Shown: piece by piece, positions 45,501 through 59,535 of the stretch | Numbering within the stretch: position 1 is the stretch's first letter | How the letters are laid out: the number at the start of each line of letters is the position of its first letter | From: Eledone cirrhosa | Taxonomy: Eukaryota | Length of the DNA: 64,000 bases | Reading direction: 5' to 3' | NCBI GenBank assembly: GCA_964016885.1 | Contig: OZ024740.1 | Location: forward strand, 377,580,001-377,644,000 | Notes under the pieces: generated by a model | What the model was told of the DNA's origin: nothing | The model's input: the letters and a program-made list of their open reading frames with translations, nothing else | The model's database searches: none | Program-made: the position numbers and the translations under genes

Positions 45501-47543
45501 TCATATATCTCGGTCCACCAACAAATGTAGAAGAGAGTATGATTCGTCTGCCGATGTTGCGAAAATCGTCATCATCATTCAATGCATCAGTAAGGCCCTT
45601 GTATGTTGTAGATCGCAATGATGTTTGATTCATTTGGATGTATCTCAGCCTATCTCCTTCAATCTTTGCAGCCATGTCAACCAAATATTGCTGAAATAAA
45701 CGACCACCTCTGAGAAGTTGGTTGAATTCATTCTCATGGTTCATTATTCGATAGGCATAGTAGCGCATCGGTGTCAATTTCTTGACGTTGCTCATTAACA
45801 GCTCATGATGCCATCCATCATCGCCAAAAGGAAAAAATAGAACATACTGCAAACTATCATAGGACCGATGGTACTCTGAGATTATTTTCAGTTGTCCGCC
45901 TTTTTCTTTCAACACGATGTGCCGTGCTTTTGATTGAAGTTCGGTGCTGTTTTGTATAATAACAGCAACTTCATTTGCAGTTTGTGCATTGAATCTTCTG
46001 TCATGTTCCATTGCTGGTCTCCTATCAGGATCAATAATAATCGAAGCTTCGGGAATATTTTTAATTTGTTCTTTTGCCAGTTGAAATGACGCAATATAAC
46101 GGTTATATTGTCTCAGTATAATTTCTAATAATTCAACTATGTCGTGCTGAATTCCATCGTTATGGAGTATCCTGATCCTTAAATCAACACTATCCTGAGG
46201 ATCCAAGAAGTAAATTTGAAGAAATTTGGGTTGTTCATTGGGATTAGGAGTTAAGGAACCGATGTAATGATGAATTTGACCATGAATAACAATAGAAGGA
46301 TTCCATCCACTTCTTGAGGAACGAACTTCTTTGGCCCCAAAAGATGTCATTTGGAATAAGCAGTTGTATTGTCTGAGGTTCTTCCTGAACTCGTTTGCTC
46401 TAGGTTGATCTGTACTAAATAAATTTTGAAGTTCTTGGGGTAAAGGCTGCAGATTCCCTAGCCTGACTTTTCCATTCATACAGCAAAAGTTAGCAGTTTC
46501 ACCATGAAAAAGCATTGCATGGCAACAGACACAGATCTTATTCATTTGTCCAACATCAGCAGAGAGGTCACGTCGTTGAACTGTCTTTGCTCTATCCTTC
46601 TGTTCCACCAGACGTGCAGCTTTCTGAGCATTCGATTCCTGATCTTTCTTTCTTCTGTTTCTTTCCCTCTGTTCCGCCAGACGTGCAGCTCTCCGAGCCT
46701 TCGATTCCTGATCTCTCCTGCTTCTGTCTCTTTCTCCCTGTTCTGCCAGACGTGCAGCTCTCCGAGCCTCCGATTTCTGATCTCTCCTGCTTCTGTCTCT
46801 TTCTCCCTGTTCTGCCAGACGTGCAGCACTCCGAGCCTCCGATTCCTGATCTCTCCTGCTTCTGTCTCTTTCTCCCTGTTCTGCCAGACGTGCAGCTCTC
46901 CGAGCCTCCGATTCCTGATCTCTTCTGCTTCTGTCTCTTTCTCCCTGTTCCGCCAGACGTGCAGCTCTCTGAGCCTCCAATTCCTGATCTCTCCTGCTTC
47001 TGTCTCTTTTTCTCTGTTCCACCAGACGTGCAGCTTTCTGAGCATTCGATTCCTGATCTTTCTTTCTTCTGTTTCTTTCCCTCTGTTCCGCCAGACGTGC
47101 AGCTCTCCGAGCCTTCGATTCCTGATCTCTCCTGCTTCTGTCTCTTTCTCCCTGTTCTGCCAGACGTGCAGCTCTCCGAGCCTCCGATTTCTGATCTCTC
47201 CTGCTTCTGTCTCTTTCTCCCTGTTCTGCCAGACGTGCAGCTTTCCGAGCCTCCGATTCCTGATCTCTCCTGCTTCTGTCTCTTTTTCTCTGTTCCACCA
47301 GACGTGCAGCTTTCCGAGCCTCCGATTCCTGATCTCTCCTGCTTCTGTCTCTTCCCTCTGTTCCGCCAGACGTGCAGCTCTTGCTTTATCAGTCTCATCG
47401 ATCCTTCTCTTCGCATGCCTGTCCTGGTCTTGTTGTTGGCATTGACCACTATCTTGCTCACCTTCTTCGGCTTTCCTTAGCCGCACTCTCTTCCCATTAT
47501 CTGTCGTCGAACCAGATGTTTTCTTTCTTCCTCGTTGAGGCAT
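42501..47543 (-). pseudogene. Helitron RepHel protein: STPR-like repeats, Cys motif, HUH Rep, PIF1 helicase
   Basis: CVCCHAMLF..FCCMNG; VEYQKPGFPHVHCLLW; KYVIKYTMKG; DAPGGTGKTF, DECPM, GDFRQLLPV, FAMTIHKAQGQT, HGQLYVALTR. Frame breaks near 47350, 44055 and 43970. Confidence 0.92.
46590..47380 (-). repeat. 69-bp coding tandem repeat x12 (23-aa ESEARRAARLAEQGERDRSRRDQ)
   Basis: gacgtgcagc recurs every 69 nt from 46611 to 47369; the last interval is 68 nt. Confidence 0.95.
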
Positions 47544-48279
47544 GATTTAAGAATAGAAAATCGTATTCACCTCACAAAAATTTCCTATTACCTCAAAAAT
47601 TATTTTTCTTAAATTATCACTTTAAAATATTTCTAAATAATGAAAATATTGTCTGTTTAAAGAAAGCTCAATATAAATATTTACTCTACAAACGATTCGT
47701 ATTTTTCAAATCACATTCACTTATAAAATACTTTTTGATAATTAAAAAAAAAATTAGCGTATTCACTTGTAAATAGTTTTAAAAACAATTAAAATATTAT
47801 CTGTGCAAAGAAGGCTAAAATATAAACACTTACAGTGTGAACAACTTTTGGAAATCATATTCACTTAAAAATATTTCTAAATAATTAAAATATTTTGTTT
47901 AACAAAAGCAAAAATATTTACTGTAAAAGCAACTCGTATTTTTCAGTCATATTCACTGAACAGTTTTAATTTTAATAATTACAATATCGTCTGTTTAGTG
48001 AAAGCTTAAATATAGATACTTAAAAGTACAAAGAAGTTGTAATTTTGAAATCATATTCACTGAGAAATCACTGAAATTGGTTTATGTAATGATTATGAAA
48101 AATATTTTTTGCATAATGAAAATATTTATTTAAGATTTACGCCAAAATTGTTTTATCCCCTTTGTATTCCAATTACGGAATATTTTCCCATTATGCACCG
48201 TTTTGGCTATTTACGAAGGTAGAGAAAGTGTGTGCAAGCAAACAAACAAACAATCAAGATCAGAGTTGGGTCACTGAAA

Positions 48280-48330
48280 TATATATATTGCCTGTACAGA
48301 TAATCAAAGTGTGTATACATTTTTCGGGGA

Positions 48331-48367
<37 letters not shown>

Positions 48368-48451
48368 GGGGTCCCTAAAAATGTATACACCATTCTAATA
48401 TATATATTGCCCGTACAGGTAATCAGAGTGTGTATACATTTTTCGGGGACA

Positions 48452-48492
<41 letters not shown>

Positions 48493-48898
48493 AGGGTCCT
48501 GAAAAATGTATACACAATTCTAATATATATATTGCCTGTACAGGTAATCAAAGTGTGTATACATTTTTCGGGGACACCATATATATATATATATATATAC
48601 CTGAGTCCTGAAAAATGTATACACCATTCTAATATATATATATTGGTTGTACAGAAAATCAAAGTGTGTATACATTTTTTCGGGACACCATATATTTATA
48701 TATATATACTGGGGTCCCTAAAAATGTATACACCATTCTAATATATATATTGCCTGTACAGGTAATCAAATTGTGTATACATTTTTCGGGGACACCATAT
48801 TATATATATATACCTGGGTCCTGAAAAATGTATACACCATTCTAATATATATATTGCCTGTACAGGTAATCAAATTGTGTATACATTTTTCGGGGACA

Positions 48899-48964
<66 letters not shown>

Positions 48965-49467
48965 GGGTCCTGAAAAATGTATACACCATTCTAATATATA
49001 TATTGCCTGTACAGGTAATCAAAGTGTGTATACATTTTTCGGGGACACCATATATATATATATATATATATACCGGGGTCCCTAAAAATGTATACACCAT
49101 TCTAATATTTATATTGCCTGTACAGGTAATCAAAGTGTGTATACATTTTTCGGGGACACCATATATATATATACCGGGGTCCCTAAAAATGTATACACCA
49201 TTCTAATATATATATTGTCTGTACAGGTAATCAAAGCGTGTATACATTTTTCGGGGACACCATATATATATATACCGGGGTCCCTAAAAATGTATACACC
49301 ATTCTAATATATATATTGCCTGTACAGGTAATCAAAGTGTGTATACTTTTTTCGGGGACACCATATATATATATACCGGGGTCCCTAAAAATGTATACAC
49401 CATCCTAACAAATAATGCATGTATAGGCAATCAAAGTGGGTATACATTTTTGGGGGGACAACCTGTA
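48280..49467. repeat. Tandem array (about 10.5 units) of an 85-90-bp Tc1/mariner-like mini-MITE separated by variable (TA)n
   Basis: Unit ccggggtccctaaaaatgtatacac...gtgtatacatttttcggggacacc has imperfect terminal inverted repeats and TA flanks. Confidence 0.85.
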
Positions 49468-49551
49468 TATACACAAATATAAACATATATATAGAGAGAA
49501 AGTGTGTGCAAGCAAGCAAGCAAGCAAACATCGAGATCAGAGTTTTAGTAG

Positions 49552-49627
<76 letters not shown>

Positions 49628-49780
49628 CTTACAGAAAAATGTGCAGGCTTCTACATGACCCGGACACATTCTCCCAACTTGTAGAAAACTTATAATGAAA
49701 CAATTGTCAACAGGCTGCGGTTCGCACACACATCCCTGCTAACCATTATCACAACAACGAACACTTTACTACTACTACTA

Positions 49781-49878
<98 letters not shown>

Positions 49879-50235
49879 TTGTTGTGAAAGAGTTATTTCT
49901 CAGTCTTGGCGTAAAATCAATTTTTTACATTCACATGACCTCTACCGACCAATCAAAATTGTTTTGACCACAAGAATTTTTGCAACACGAATTGGCGCAA
50001 AAACCAATTTTAATAGCGTAGGAGCCACTTTTTTAACATAAAAACAGGTAGAATTCCCAAAATTAATCAGATCAGAGCAATTATTTTTCAAAATAATCTC
50101 AAAATTATTTTTGAAAAGCATTTAGAAATGCGCAACCGGTAAAACTTAAAACTAAAACTGAATACTAACCCATACAATTACTAATTCTCATTTATTCCTA
50201 ATTAAACTATTTTTCACTGTGAACAATTTGTCAGC

Positions 50236-50266
<31 letters not shown>

Positions 50267-50277
50267 AGAAGTATACA

Positions 50278-50337
<60 letters not shown>

Positions 50338-50723
50338 ACAGGGAGAAAGAGACGATTATGAGGACCAAAATATATTTTTTTCCTTTTTTTTGTCTCTCTC
50401 TCTCTTTTTTCTGGGTTAGAAAATGATTAAAACGAAATGTTTTACTTTGTGTGAAGTGCTAAGGTATTAGTTGATTTATTTATTATTTAACAATGGCATT
50501 TATTTATCTATTTATATATTTAATTATTGTCTATTACCGGTTTTTGCATTTATATGCATTATCAAATGATAGTGAAATGTATTAGTGTGGTGTCGCACAT
50601 GTTAAACAGAAGGTGCAGAAAGAATAATGTTATATACAAACAAGGTTTAAGAAGTAAAAAGAAAAAAGGAAAATTATTTAAGCTGAAGAAATAAGTAAAT
50701 AGATAGATAGATAGATAGATATA

Positions 50724-53700
50724 TTTCTTTATTTACCATAAAGGCATAAAAAGAAGGGACAAATACAAAGGGGGAGTTTACATACAATCGAGTAAAAAGG
50801 GTATAAAATGAAAATAATCGAAAATAACCTCAAAAGGGAGGGGACGTGATGGGGGTTGCACACACCCCCGAAAAAGTGTGCAATCCTTTGCCCGGGAGCA
50901 CATGGAGAAGGTGCTCCCCTCTCCTTCACTTCTTTACCTACAGGATGGTATACAGAGAAGGCCCATTTACACGAGCCATTCTCGCCACTATCACCCACCT
51001 TTCATAAAACTGCCTGTGGCCAAGCACCGCTCTCTCCATTCTTATCCTTCTTCCGAAGTGATATCGGAAGAAGTAGACCAGACTATGGCCAGAGAGGAAG
51101 TTGCCTGACCTCAGACCTTTCAATCGTGTCCACCAAACAACCTCTTTCAACATGGCTCTTACGCACAGAAAAACCGCCTTTGCTTCCTTTGTGAAGAGGG
51201 GAGGCGGTTTGATTGTCATCACGGACTCGGCGGTCAATTGAATCGGCGCCACCCGCGACAGCAGTCGTTCGGCGTAGCCCCACAGATTAGCCACGCCCGG
51301 ACATTGCACCAATGCGTGCGCAACGGTTTCTTCGTGACGCACGCATCTAGGGCAAATCTTTTTTGAGGGATCCCTGCCCGGGCGCCTGTGTCTGTAGAGC
51401 CTCTCTCGAACGGGTAGAGCCCCCCGGTAGCACTGCCAGGCTAGTGACTTCTGGAAGTTGTCCTTTGGTCCCGGGCCGAAAGTCCTACCGAACAGGCTGG
51501 CCAGTTCGTCCTCTTCCATGTCCAGCGACTCTCCAAGGGTGTCATCGCCCCTGATAGCCACCAGCCCTCTATAGAATGATGAGGTGGATTCTCCACCGAT
51601 GGCCTGGCCCACTTGCCAGAGAGCCCTGAGCGCCTGAGCACACTCAGTGTGCCAGTCTCCCAGTTTTCCGGATCTTTGCTTGACCCAGGAATGCAGCTCG
51701 GTGAGCGAGACAAGTCTCAGAAAGGCTCGTTTCACGAACGGAGCCCACACCGGTTGACCAGTGAGGAATACCTGTAGGTGCCGTAGCCTTAAGGCGTGCC
51801 TACGCATCATCAACCACGGCATCCCCAGCCCTCCTTTCGAAGGTTGTTGGCAGCAGATGGATCTTCTCACCATAGGAGGGCGCTTCTTCCAAAGAAATTG
51901 GAAGAGCATGCGTTCCATGGTGGTGAGTGTTTCCTTAGGGCAAGGCACGACAGTCAGGCGGTAGTAAGTGACGGACGCTATGTAAATGTTCGCCACCTCC
52001 GCCCGGCCTTTTAGGGACAGCTTACACTTGGCCCATTTCTGGGTTAGTGCAAACACCTTGTTCGTAACCTCGTCCCAGTTCTTTTCCACCTGGAGGTCCG
52101 GTCCAAACCAGACCCCAAGCAACTTTACCGGGCCCTCCGTCCAGTGTCCGACGACACCGTCGGGAGGCATCGGTCTGCCTCTCCACGTTCCGAGTTGCAG
52201 CCCGATGGATTTTTCCCGGTTCAGTTTCGCTCCTGACAACCTTTCGTAATCCTCCAGTAAGGTACCGATCGCCTCGATTTCCGAGTCGGTCGATACCATT
52301 ACTGTTACGTCATCGGCGTAGGCCGACACCGCTTTGCTCAATCCTGGTTCCAGGGGGATACCCTGCAACAACTCTAACTTCCTCAGTAAAGGCTCGAGAG
52401 TCAATACGTACAGAAGGGAGGAGAGAGGGCACCCCTGTCGAATGGATCGTGTGATTTCGAACGGCTTCGAAAGGTAGCCGTTCACCTTGATCCTAGAACA
52501 GATGTGGTTGCTATGTAAGGCAGTGATCCAGCCTCTGAAAACAGGACCGAACCCAGCCGCCGCTAGCACCGCATCCAGGTAACCATGGACGACCCTATCG
52601 ACGGCCTTAGACTGATCCAAGTTGATCAGGGCCCCACCGAAGCCGGGTTTGTTGCCAACCCTCTCTATGATGTATCGCATGAGGTGGAGGTTATCGTGAA
52701 TGGACCTGGATGGGATAGCACATGTCTGCGCATCTCCCACCAGGCCACCCACGACAAGCGCCAACCTCTTTGCTAACACCTTGGCCAAAATCTTTAACTC
52801 TCTGTTTAGCAGGGTTATGGGCCGAAAATTATTTATACTATCCCCCTTGTTCTCGTCCTTCCTCACCAGCGAGACTACGCCCTTGGCTACAGAATAAGGA
52901 ATTCTCCCGTTCTGCTGCCAATTGCAGTAGACCGCTTCGAGGAGTTAGGAGAAGAAGACCGGCATTGCTAAATAAAGTTCGTAAGGTATACCATCGAGAC
53001 CTGGAGATTTGCGTCTGCTGCATTGGCTCAGCGCATCTCCGATCTCATCAGCCGAGATTGGTCCCTCGCAGGACTCTGCCTCTTCGCTCGAGAGACGCGG
53101 CAGGCCGTCGAGGTATGGACCGAAATCCACGTCCCCGCCCGGACCCTCGCCTCCCCCGAATAATCGGGCAAAGTGCCTTTGAAAGGCCTCGCACATCGGC
53201 TTAGGCTCCCGGATCACCCGTCCATCCTCGTCTTGCAACGACCGGATGGTGGATTGATTTCCACTCTTAGCTTCTGTCACGCGGGCCCAGCCAACGGCTT
53301 TGGCCCCCTCATTACCTAGAGCACGTATTTTACTTCGAATGACGCAGCCTTCGTGCTTTGCATCGAAAAACTGGTTCAAGGCCGTCCTCGATGCCAGCAC
53401 TCTGGCCACATCTTCGCTCTTGATTGCCTCTTCTAATTTACCTGTTAATTCTTTCTCGTTTCTATTCCTATCGGCAGCTAACATCTTGCTATAACTTATT
53501 GATTCTGTTCTAATCTCTCTTTTGAGAGATGCCCACCATCGGTTGTTGACGATTGCACCCGTCAACCTCTCCTTAACTAATCTGCTAATCCGGTTTCTGT
53601 AAGTCTCTTTTGCCGGTAAAGACAAATTAAGTTTCCAGTAACCGGGACCCTGTTTATGTGTTTTTTCGAGATTGACTACGCAGGTCACTAATTTGTGATC

Positions 53701-56550
53701 CGTATAGCCAACCGTGCGCATTTCTGGACAGCTTAATATGTCCCTATCCTTACTTCTAACTAAGAATCTATCTAAGTACGATCTAGATTGACCACTGTGG
53801 TTTCTCCAAGTCCAGGTAGGCACAGTTGGAAAATCTAGTCGATATCTATCGACCAAGTTAAAACGGTCGAGTAACCCCTTGAGGCTGTTACACCCCCCTC
53901 TATTAGGACATGCTCCTGCATAGTCCCAACATGCATCTAGGATGTCATTCCAATCCCCCGCTAGAAGCAGGGAACGCGACGTTCCCAGAAAAGTCTCCAA
54001 ACGCTGGAAGAAGTCGGGCCGTTCAGCTCCGAAAGGGGAGTAGACGGCGACCAGTCTCAAGGCCGCACCTTCACTACTGCCAACGTCTAGCACCAACAAA
54101 CGACCCTCCGGGTCCGAGTGCACAACCTGTACGGCAATACCCAGGTGTTTTTGCAGCAGTACGACAACCCCACCCCCACCTCCAGGTTGACAGAGAGATG
54201 CATGCACCTCAAAGTCATCGAAGGTAGGGGCCAGCTGCCGCACGACGCTGATCCGAGTCTCACAGATAACCATTACATTTATACCACATGACCTGAGGTC
54301 ATTTAGAAGCTTTGCTTGCTTCCAAGTTGAGCCCAGGCCACGTGAATTCAAACATCCTACTCTTAACACATCCATGTGGGCGGCAGAGCCAAAGGAGAGT
54401 GTAGAGACCTACCTTTCTGCTTCCCGGGGTTCGGGTCGCACGACTTCCATGGGGTCGGGGGTGTTGGGTGAAGGGGTGTCTTGTGGTGGGGTGGGGTCGT
54501 CAGTGTGCGGTGGGGTTGGGGTGTTTGGAGTTGTGTTGGGGAGGGGGGGGGGTGAGGGAGAAAGCTTTTTAGTAGGACGCGGTTTATGGGTTTGACAGAG
54601 GGTGGTCCTACGTCCTCCTTAAAATCCTTTTTTAGTTTTTGGTAGAGGTTCATTGGGATCTTTATTAATTTTAAATGTGGGTAGTTTTCTGAAGAAACAA
54701 AGTTTACACCTTCGGTTTGTACCGAAGGATTATTGTTTATGAGTTCATTTAATTTATTATTGTTTCTGTTGATGTAAGTATAGTGCAATGTCTTTTTTTC
54801 GGATGGTGTAAGTGTTTCGAAGAGGGGATGGGCAGGTTTGGTTTTGTTTGTTGCTGGAGGGGTGTTTTGTGTTTTGTTGGATTGTGTTGACATTTGGGTG
54901 GGGGTTGTTTGGCCTTGTGTGTTTTGCACATGTTTTCTTTTTTTTCTTTTAATCTGTCTGAAGGACTCCGTTTCTTCCTCCGAATTCGTTGGGTTATCTT
55001 CAGTGTTGGAGGGAAGAGGTATGTTTGCTGGTAATGTTTCCGTGTTGGTTTTCTTTGTGGGGGAGATGGATGTCACTATGTTATACTGTGTTGTGTGTTG
55101 TGGCTGCGGTGGTTGTGTTGTTTTATTGAGTGAGAGGTTGGGTGGGCCTGTATTTTGTTTTGGGGTAATGTGTTGTGACTGTTTGTGTTGTGGTGGTGGT
55201 GTAGTTTTACTGAGGGACGGGTTGGGTGGGACTGAGTTTTGTTGTTTGTTTATCTGTTGTGGTGGTGGTGGTGGTGGTGGAGCTGGTGTTGGTAGCAGGG
55301 TTTTCTTTTTGTTGAGTTGGGGACAAGCGGCCTTCAGGTGCCCTCTGCCTGCACAGATATGACAGGACGGCCTTCTCCCCTCCACGCTAATGTTTATATA
55401 CCCGTGGCCCTCTAATAGGATTCTGTCGGGTATTTGGGCGATACGTTCAGGCTTCATTTGCACTACAAGCTCTATACCTGTTCCACTGAACGCATTGCCT
55501 GTGGTTTTCCCAATGGAAATCACGTTGTCATTCACTGGATCGATGAAGCCAGCTATGAGCCAGCAGTAGTCCACATCTGGCATCATTGCATCCAGCCATA
55601 TGCGTTGAGTTCTTTTACCCATATAAGATGGATAAAAGGTAAAATTTTTCGAACGAATCGGTGACAAAGCACATTTTTTTGCCGCTGATTCGTTCTTCAT
55701 AATAATTGCTAGGCTTCCATACAGTCTGTCTTTTCTTATGAAAGTGGTTTCATTAAGTACTTCTGTGAGTACTGTTTTGATATCTGTTTGAGTTGGCTGT
55801 TCAGGTTTTTTAGAAGTGTTGTTGATGGTGCGGAACACGACCGTTCGACTTTCAATGTCTTTGGTGAGTTCTTGAGGCATTTTTACCGATAAAATACCAT
55901 TCTCTCCTTCACTTATGTATTGTTTGGCGTCTGTGATTCTTTGTGCCACATCTGAAATATTTTCAGGTATATATGTCAGAGATTTCTTTGTTGTTTGTGC
56001 AAAGAAATCTTGTTGGTGTTGACTTTGTCGTCTGCTTTGCTTTCTGTTATGATGTTGTTTTCAAATGTTATTTTTGTGTTTGTTGTGTCTTTGTTTGTGG
56101 TATTAATATTGTCATGCAATTTTTCAAATTTTTTTTTTTCGTTGTTGGAATCCATGTCCAGATTTGTGTTTTCGTCATTTTTCTCCGCAGATTCGTCTGT
56201 TTTTATTTTATTTTTTCCTTCCTTCTCTATGACGTTAGTTGGAAGGGGGGACTAAAGCGTGCGAGCTTACAACTCTTACCGCTGTCCCCCCACTACTATT
56301 TTCGTTCGCTTCGTTTAACATTTCTGTCAGACGATTGAAATTTTTTTGCCACAAAATTTTTAAAAACAGGTTTTTCCCCCCTAGGAGGGGTAAAGATGAG
56401 CTGACCCACCGCCTGACAGTTCAGACGGGGGGTCAAGCTACAGAATAGTATCAAAATTAAATTTGAACTTACAAAATTTCCGCAATAAATTTGAACAAAA
56501 CTTCTGCGCGAAGTGAATTACATCTACGCTGTAGAACAGACGACAGCTAG
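50724..56550 (-). mobile_element. Tx1/L1-like LINE, full length and best preserved, flanked by (GATA)n
   Basis: ORF1 54363-55949 (CHICAGRGHLKAAC) overlaps the ORF2 start at 54375. APE 52945-54375 and RT/zinc region 50938-52866, with a frame break near 52950. GATA repeats on both sides. Confidence 0.95.
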
Positions 56551-56570
56551 ATTAATAGATAGATAGATAT

Positions 56571-56668
<98 letters not shown>

Positions 56669-57874
56669 GTGTGTGAACATGAAAGAGGAGAGAGAGGGTG
56701 AAGCATAAGCAGGAGTTAGACTAGCCATAGACATAACGAGGAGGATATTAACGACTGAAAAGAAATTATTACTAAGAACATTTTTTCTCTCCCATTATTT
56801 GCTACATTCTAGTATAAAAATATTAAACTAAAAATACAAACAGACTATAATATTGAAATATGAAATATAGCAACTCATTTCATTCGCTTTAATGGAGAAA
56901 GTATTGCAAAGTATAGATAAGAATGAATCATTATCAATAGAATAAGTTTGTACAGTATTACATTCAGTAAAATAATAAATTTTAGTGACAGCTGGTGAAT
57001 CGCATGTCCCGTTCTGTTTAACTAAGCTTAGTTATGCAGACGTTGTGAAAATGGGTATAGCTTTCATTATATAAAATCTCTTCATTTTGCCCCATTTCTC
57101 CACGTTTGGGGGCACCTTTTTCATGGTACTCCCCTTTTAGGTTTTTAAAGGTTGGCAGGTCTGGTTATGGTTCGCCTTGCAATTACGTGGTGTTGGGTTC
57201 ATCCTATTACATGACCTCTTGGCCGTCTTTTACCAAAGTCTCAGATCTATCAAAGCGTTGTGAGTGACATTTGATTGACGACCACTGTGGAAGCTCTTTT
57301 CTGTGTGGTAGACTTATTCCGTCTCCTGGTTTAACACACACCTTAAGTCCACTCTGGTTCAAGTATTCAGGCCAGTGAATAACTTCCTTCCACCAGTCTC
57401 GGAGAATATGAAAACGTTCATGACTAAGTGATTGAAAAATATATTTTAAAGTTACATATTTCTTCTATTTGTTTAATACGTTACCACTTTACAGTGTTTA
57501 ATATTTTAAATCTTAATATTCATTTATTCCTTCCCAAAACTTCTACCATGTTATTTGCATATGAATACATTTTATGATAAACGATAACACAATAAATATT
57601 TATCGGAGTTATTTTCTGGTATTCAGTTATTGCATTATAAAAGAAATACACGAAATGAATACACAAAGGTGAAAGCGAAACAAAAAGGAAAGTAGAATAT
57701 AAAAATCCCGAACCAGTAATGAATATCTAAAATAACATGCATGCAGATGTACCGTTATGAAATTATTTACATCAGAAAGAGGTGAATGGTACATCGTGAG
57801 AAATAAAAACTATTGACCCTTGTTCACTTCTCAGATGTCTCCAGGAGTAAAATATTAATTTTTGTACAAGTACT

Positions 57875-57978
57875 TTCTTCTTCTTCTTCTTCTTCTTCTT
57901 CTTCTTCTTCTTCTTCTTCTTCTTCTTCTTCTTCTTCTTCTTCTTCTTCTTCTTCTTCTTCTTCTTCTTCTTCTTCTT
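57875..57978. repeat. (TTC)n microsatellite
   Basis: Direct reading. Confidence 0.95.
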
Positions 57979-57979
57979 T

Positions 57980-59535
57980 CCTGAGACATTCTAACCACAT
58001 GTCAGTAGTATTGGAGCTGTGGCCTCTCAATCCGGAGAAATTGCAACTCCTGATCTCTGACTTATGCACACTATCGAATAACGTTACTCCAATGACCCTT
58101 CAATGCACATATTGGCATTGAGCACCTTATATGGAAAGGAGTAATTGGAAAGAACAGCGACCCCGGTCTAAGTAGGAATGAAGAAATCTTATTAAATCTC
58201 TGTCCTAGTAATGGGCTCTCTAGTATGAACACTTTCTTCCAGCGTAAAGACTTCCATAAATGCACATAGTATAAGGCGAATTTGGAACAGAGATCAATAC
58301 TTGATTTTGTTATTGTCTCTTTTATTCTTTGCTTGATGTTCGCGTTAAAAGAGAGCTGAGATATCAACTGATCACCATCTAGTTATCTGAAACATGGTGG
58401 CCAACAGGATAAAGTGGGAAGCACTGGCAGATTAGGAAGTCAGGAACTCCTTGATCAAACTGAGGACCTTGAAACGGAATGGAGATTGTTCAGCTCGGTA
58501 GTTTCTGCCTCAGCAGTTAAATGTTGTGAGAGAAAGCGTCATGATGTGACACCTCGTGGCAGGAGGACCCCTTGGTTCAATCAAGAGGTCAAAGATGCCA
58601 TCCGAGCAAAGAAGGATGCTTACAAAGCTGGGTTCGGAAATATATCCTCCTTGCACTTATTGTACAAGCATATGCGAAATAAAGTATCCTGGCAGACCAT
58701 CCACCGTCTTCATAATAAGAAGTCCTCTTCCACAGCTGCTATCTGGAACGAGACGGCATCGCTTTGATCGCTGAAGACAGTGCAGATCTGCAGGTTCTAA
58801 CAACATCCTTGCAAGAGAGTGCGGAAAAGATCATTCTGAAAATCACCACAAAACGACCAAGGTGATGAGGGCAGCCAACAACACAGGTCCAGCAATCAGT
58901 CAACCAACAAGACCTGGAAGAAGTCGATCACTTCACCTATCTGGGCAGCATCCTGGAAAACAATGGTGACGCGGAGCTCGACATCAACTGTCAGATCGGC
59001 AACGGAGCCGCAGTTTGCCAGCGGATGCGCCCAATCTGGTCGTCTTCATGCATCAGCACCAGGATCAAGCTGCGCCTGTACAAGAGCATCGTGTTACCGA
59101 CAGTGCCATACGCAAGCGAAACCAGGAAGAGTACAGTAAAGACGGAGAGACGGCTGAACGCATTCCACCAGCGGTGCTGCGAGTGATCCTTTGTGTGTCC
59201 TGGCGCGACCGAGTGCGAAACGAGGAAATCCTGCGGCGAGCCGAGTCGTGGACGCTGCAGAGGGTGGTCATAGAGCGCCGGTGCCGCCTGGCTCACCATT
59301 TTCTGCGTCTGCCCAACGAACGACACTCGAAAATAACGATGAACTAGATTCCACCTGGCGGCAGCAGATAGAGGCGGTGTTGCCCCAAGATCACCTGGCG
59401 AAGAACGTTTCAAAAAGACATGATGGCAGCCAACATTATTTGGCACAGACTCGAAAAAGTCGCCGCTGATCGTGAGCTATGGTGATTACTTACTGCTCGA
59501 TGCGCCGAAAGGCGCGAAAGAACCTAAGAACTAAG
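57980..59535 (+). mobile_element. Degraded RTE-clade LINE
   Basis: LEEVDHFTYLGS, IKLRLYKSIVLP, NAFHQRC, VSWRDRVRNEEILRR in shifting frames, upstream APE-like remnants, and a short ctaag repeat tail. Confidence 0.8.

Larger units (their letters stand above)
42130..49556 (-). mobile_element. Helitron (autonomous type, 3 frameshifts)
   Basis: 3' hairpin GTGACCCaacGGGTCAC (42141-42157), 7 nt, then CTAG followed by target T. RepHel ORF present. The 5' end TATACTACTAAAACTC... merges into (TA)n, so that boundary is approximate. Confidence 0.92.
41147..50243 (-). mobile_element. Non-coding remnant of PLE family 3 (41147-42120 plus inverted arm 49704-50243), split by a Helitron
   Basis: 41147-42120 matches 22660-23740. 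49704-50243 is the reverse complement of about 41197-41652. Confidence 0.85.

Noticed and set aside
46504-47480. Alternative-frame and antisense ORFs of 289-333 aa
   Set aside because: By-products of the 69-bp repeat; only the frame leading into Rep is credible.
48280-49467. CRISPR-like repeat-spacer appearance
   Set aside because: The spacers are only variable (TA)n, the units are MITE-like, the context is eukaryotic and no cas genes are present.
41147-50243. Single novel TIR transposon encoding RepHel
   Set aside because: The arms match the PLE at 22660-25063 and the Helitron has its own hairpin plus CTAG end, so nesting explains it.
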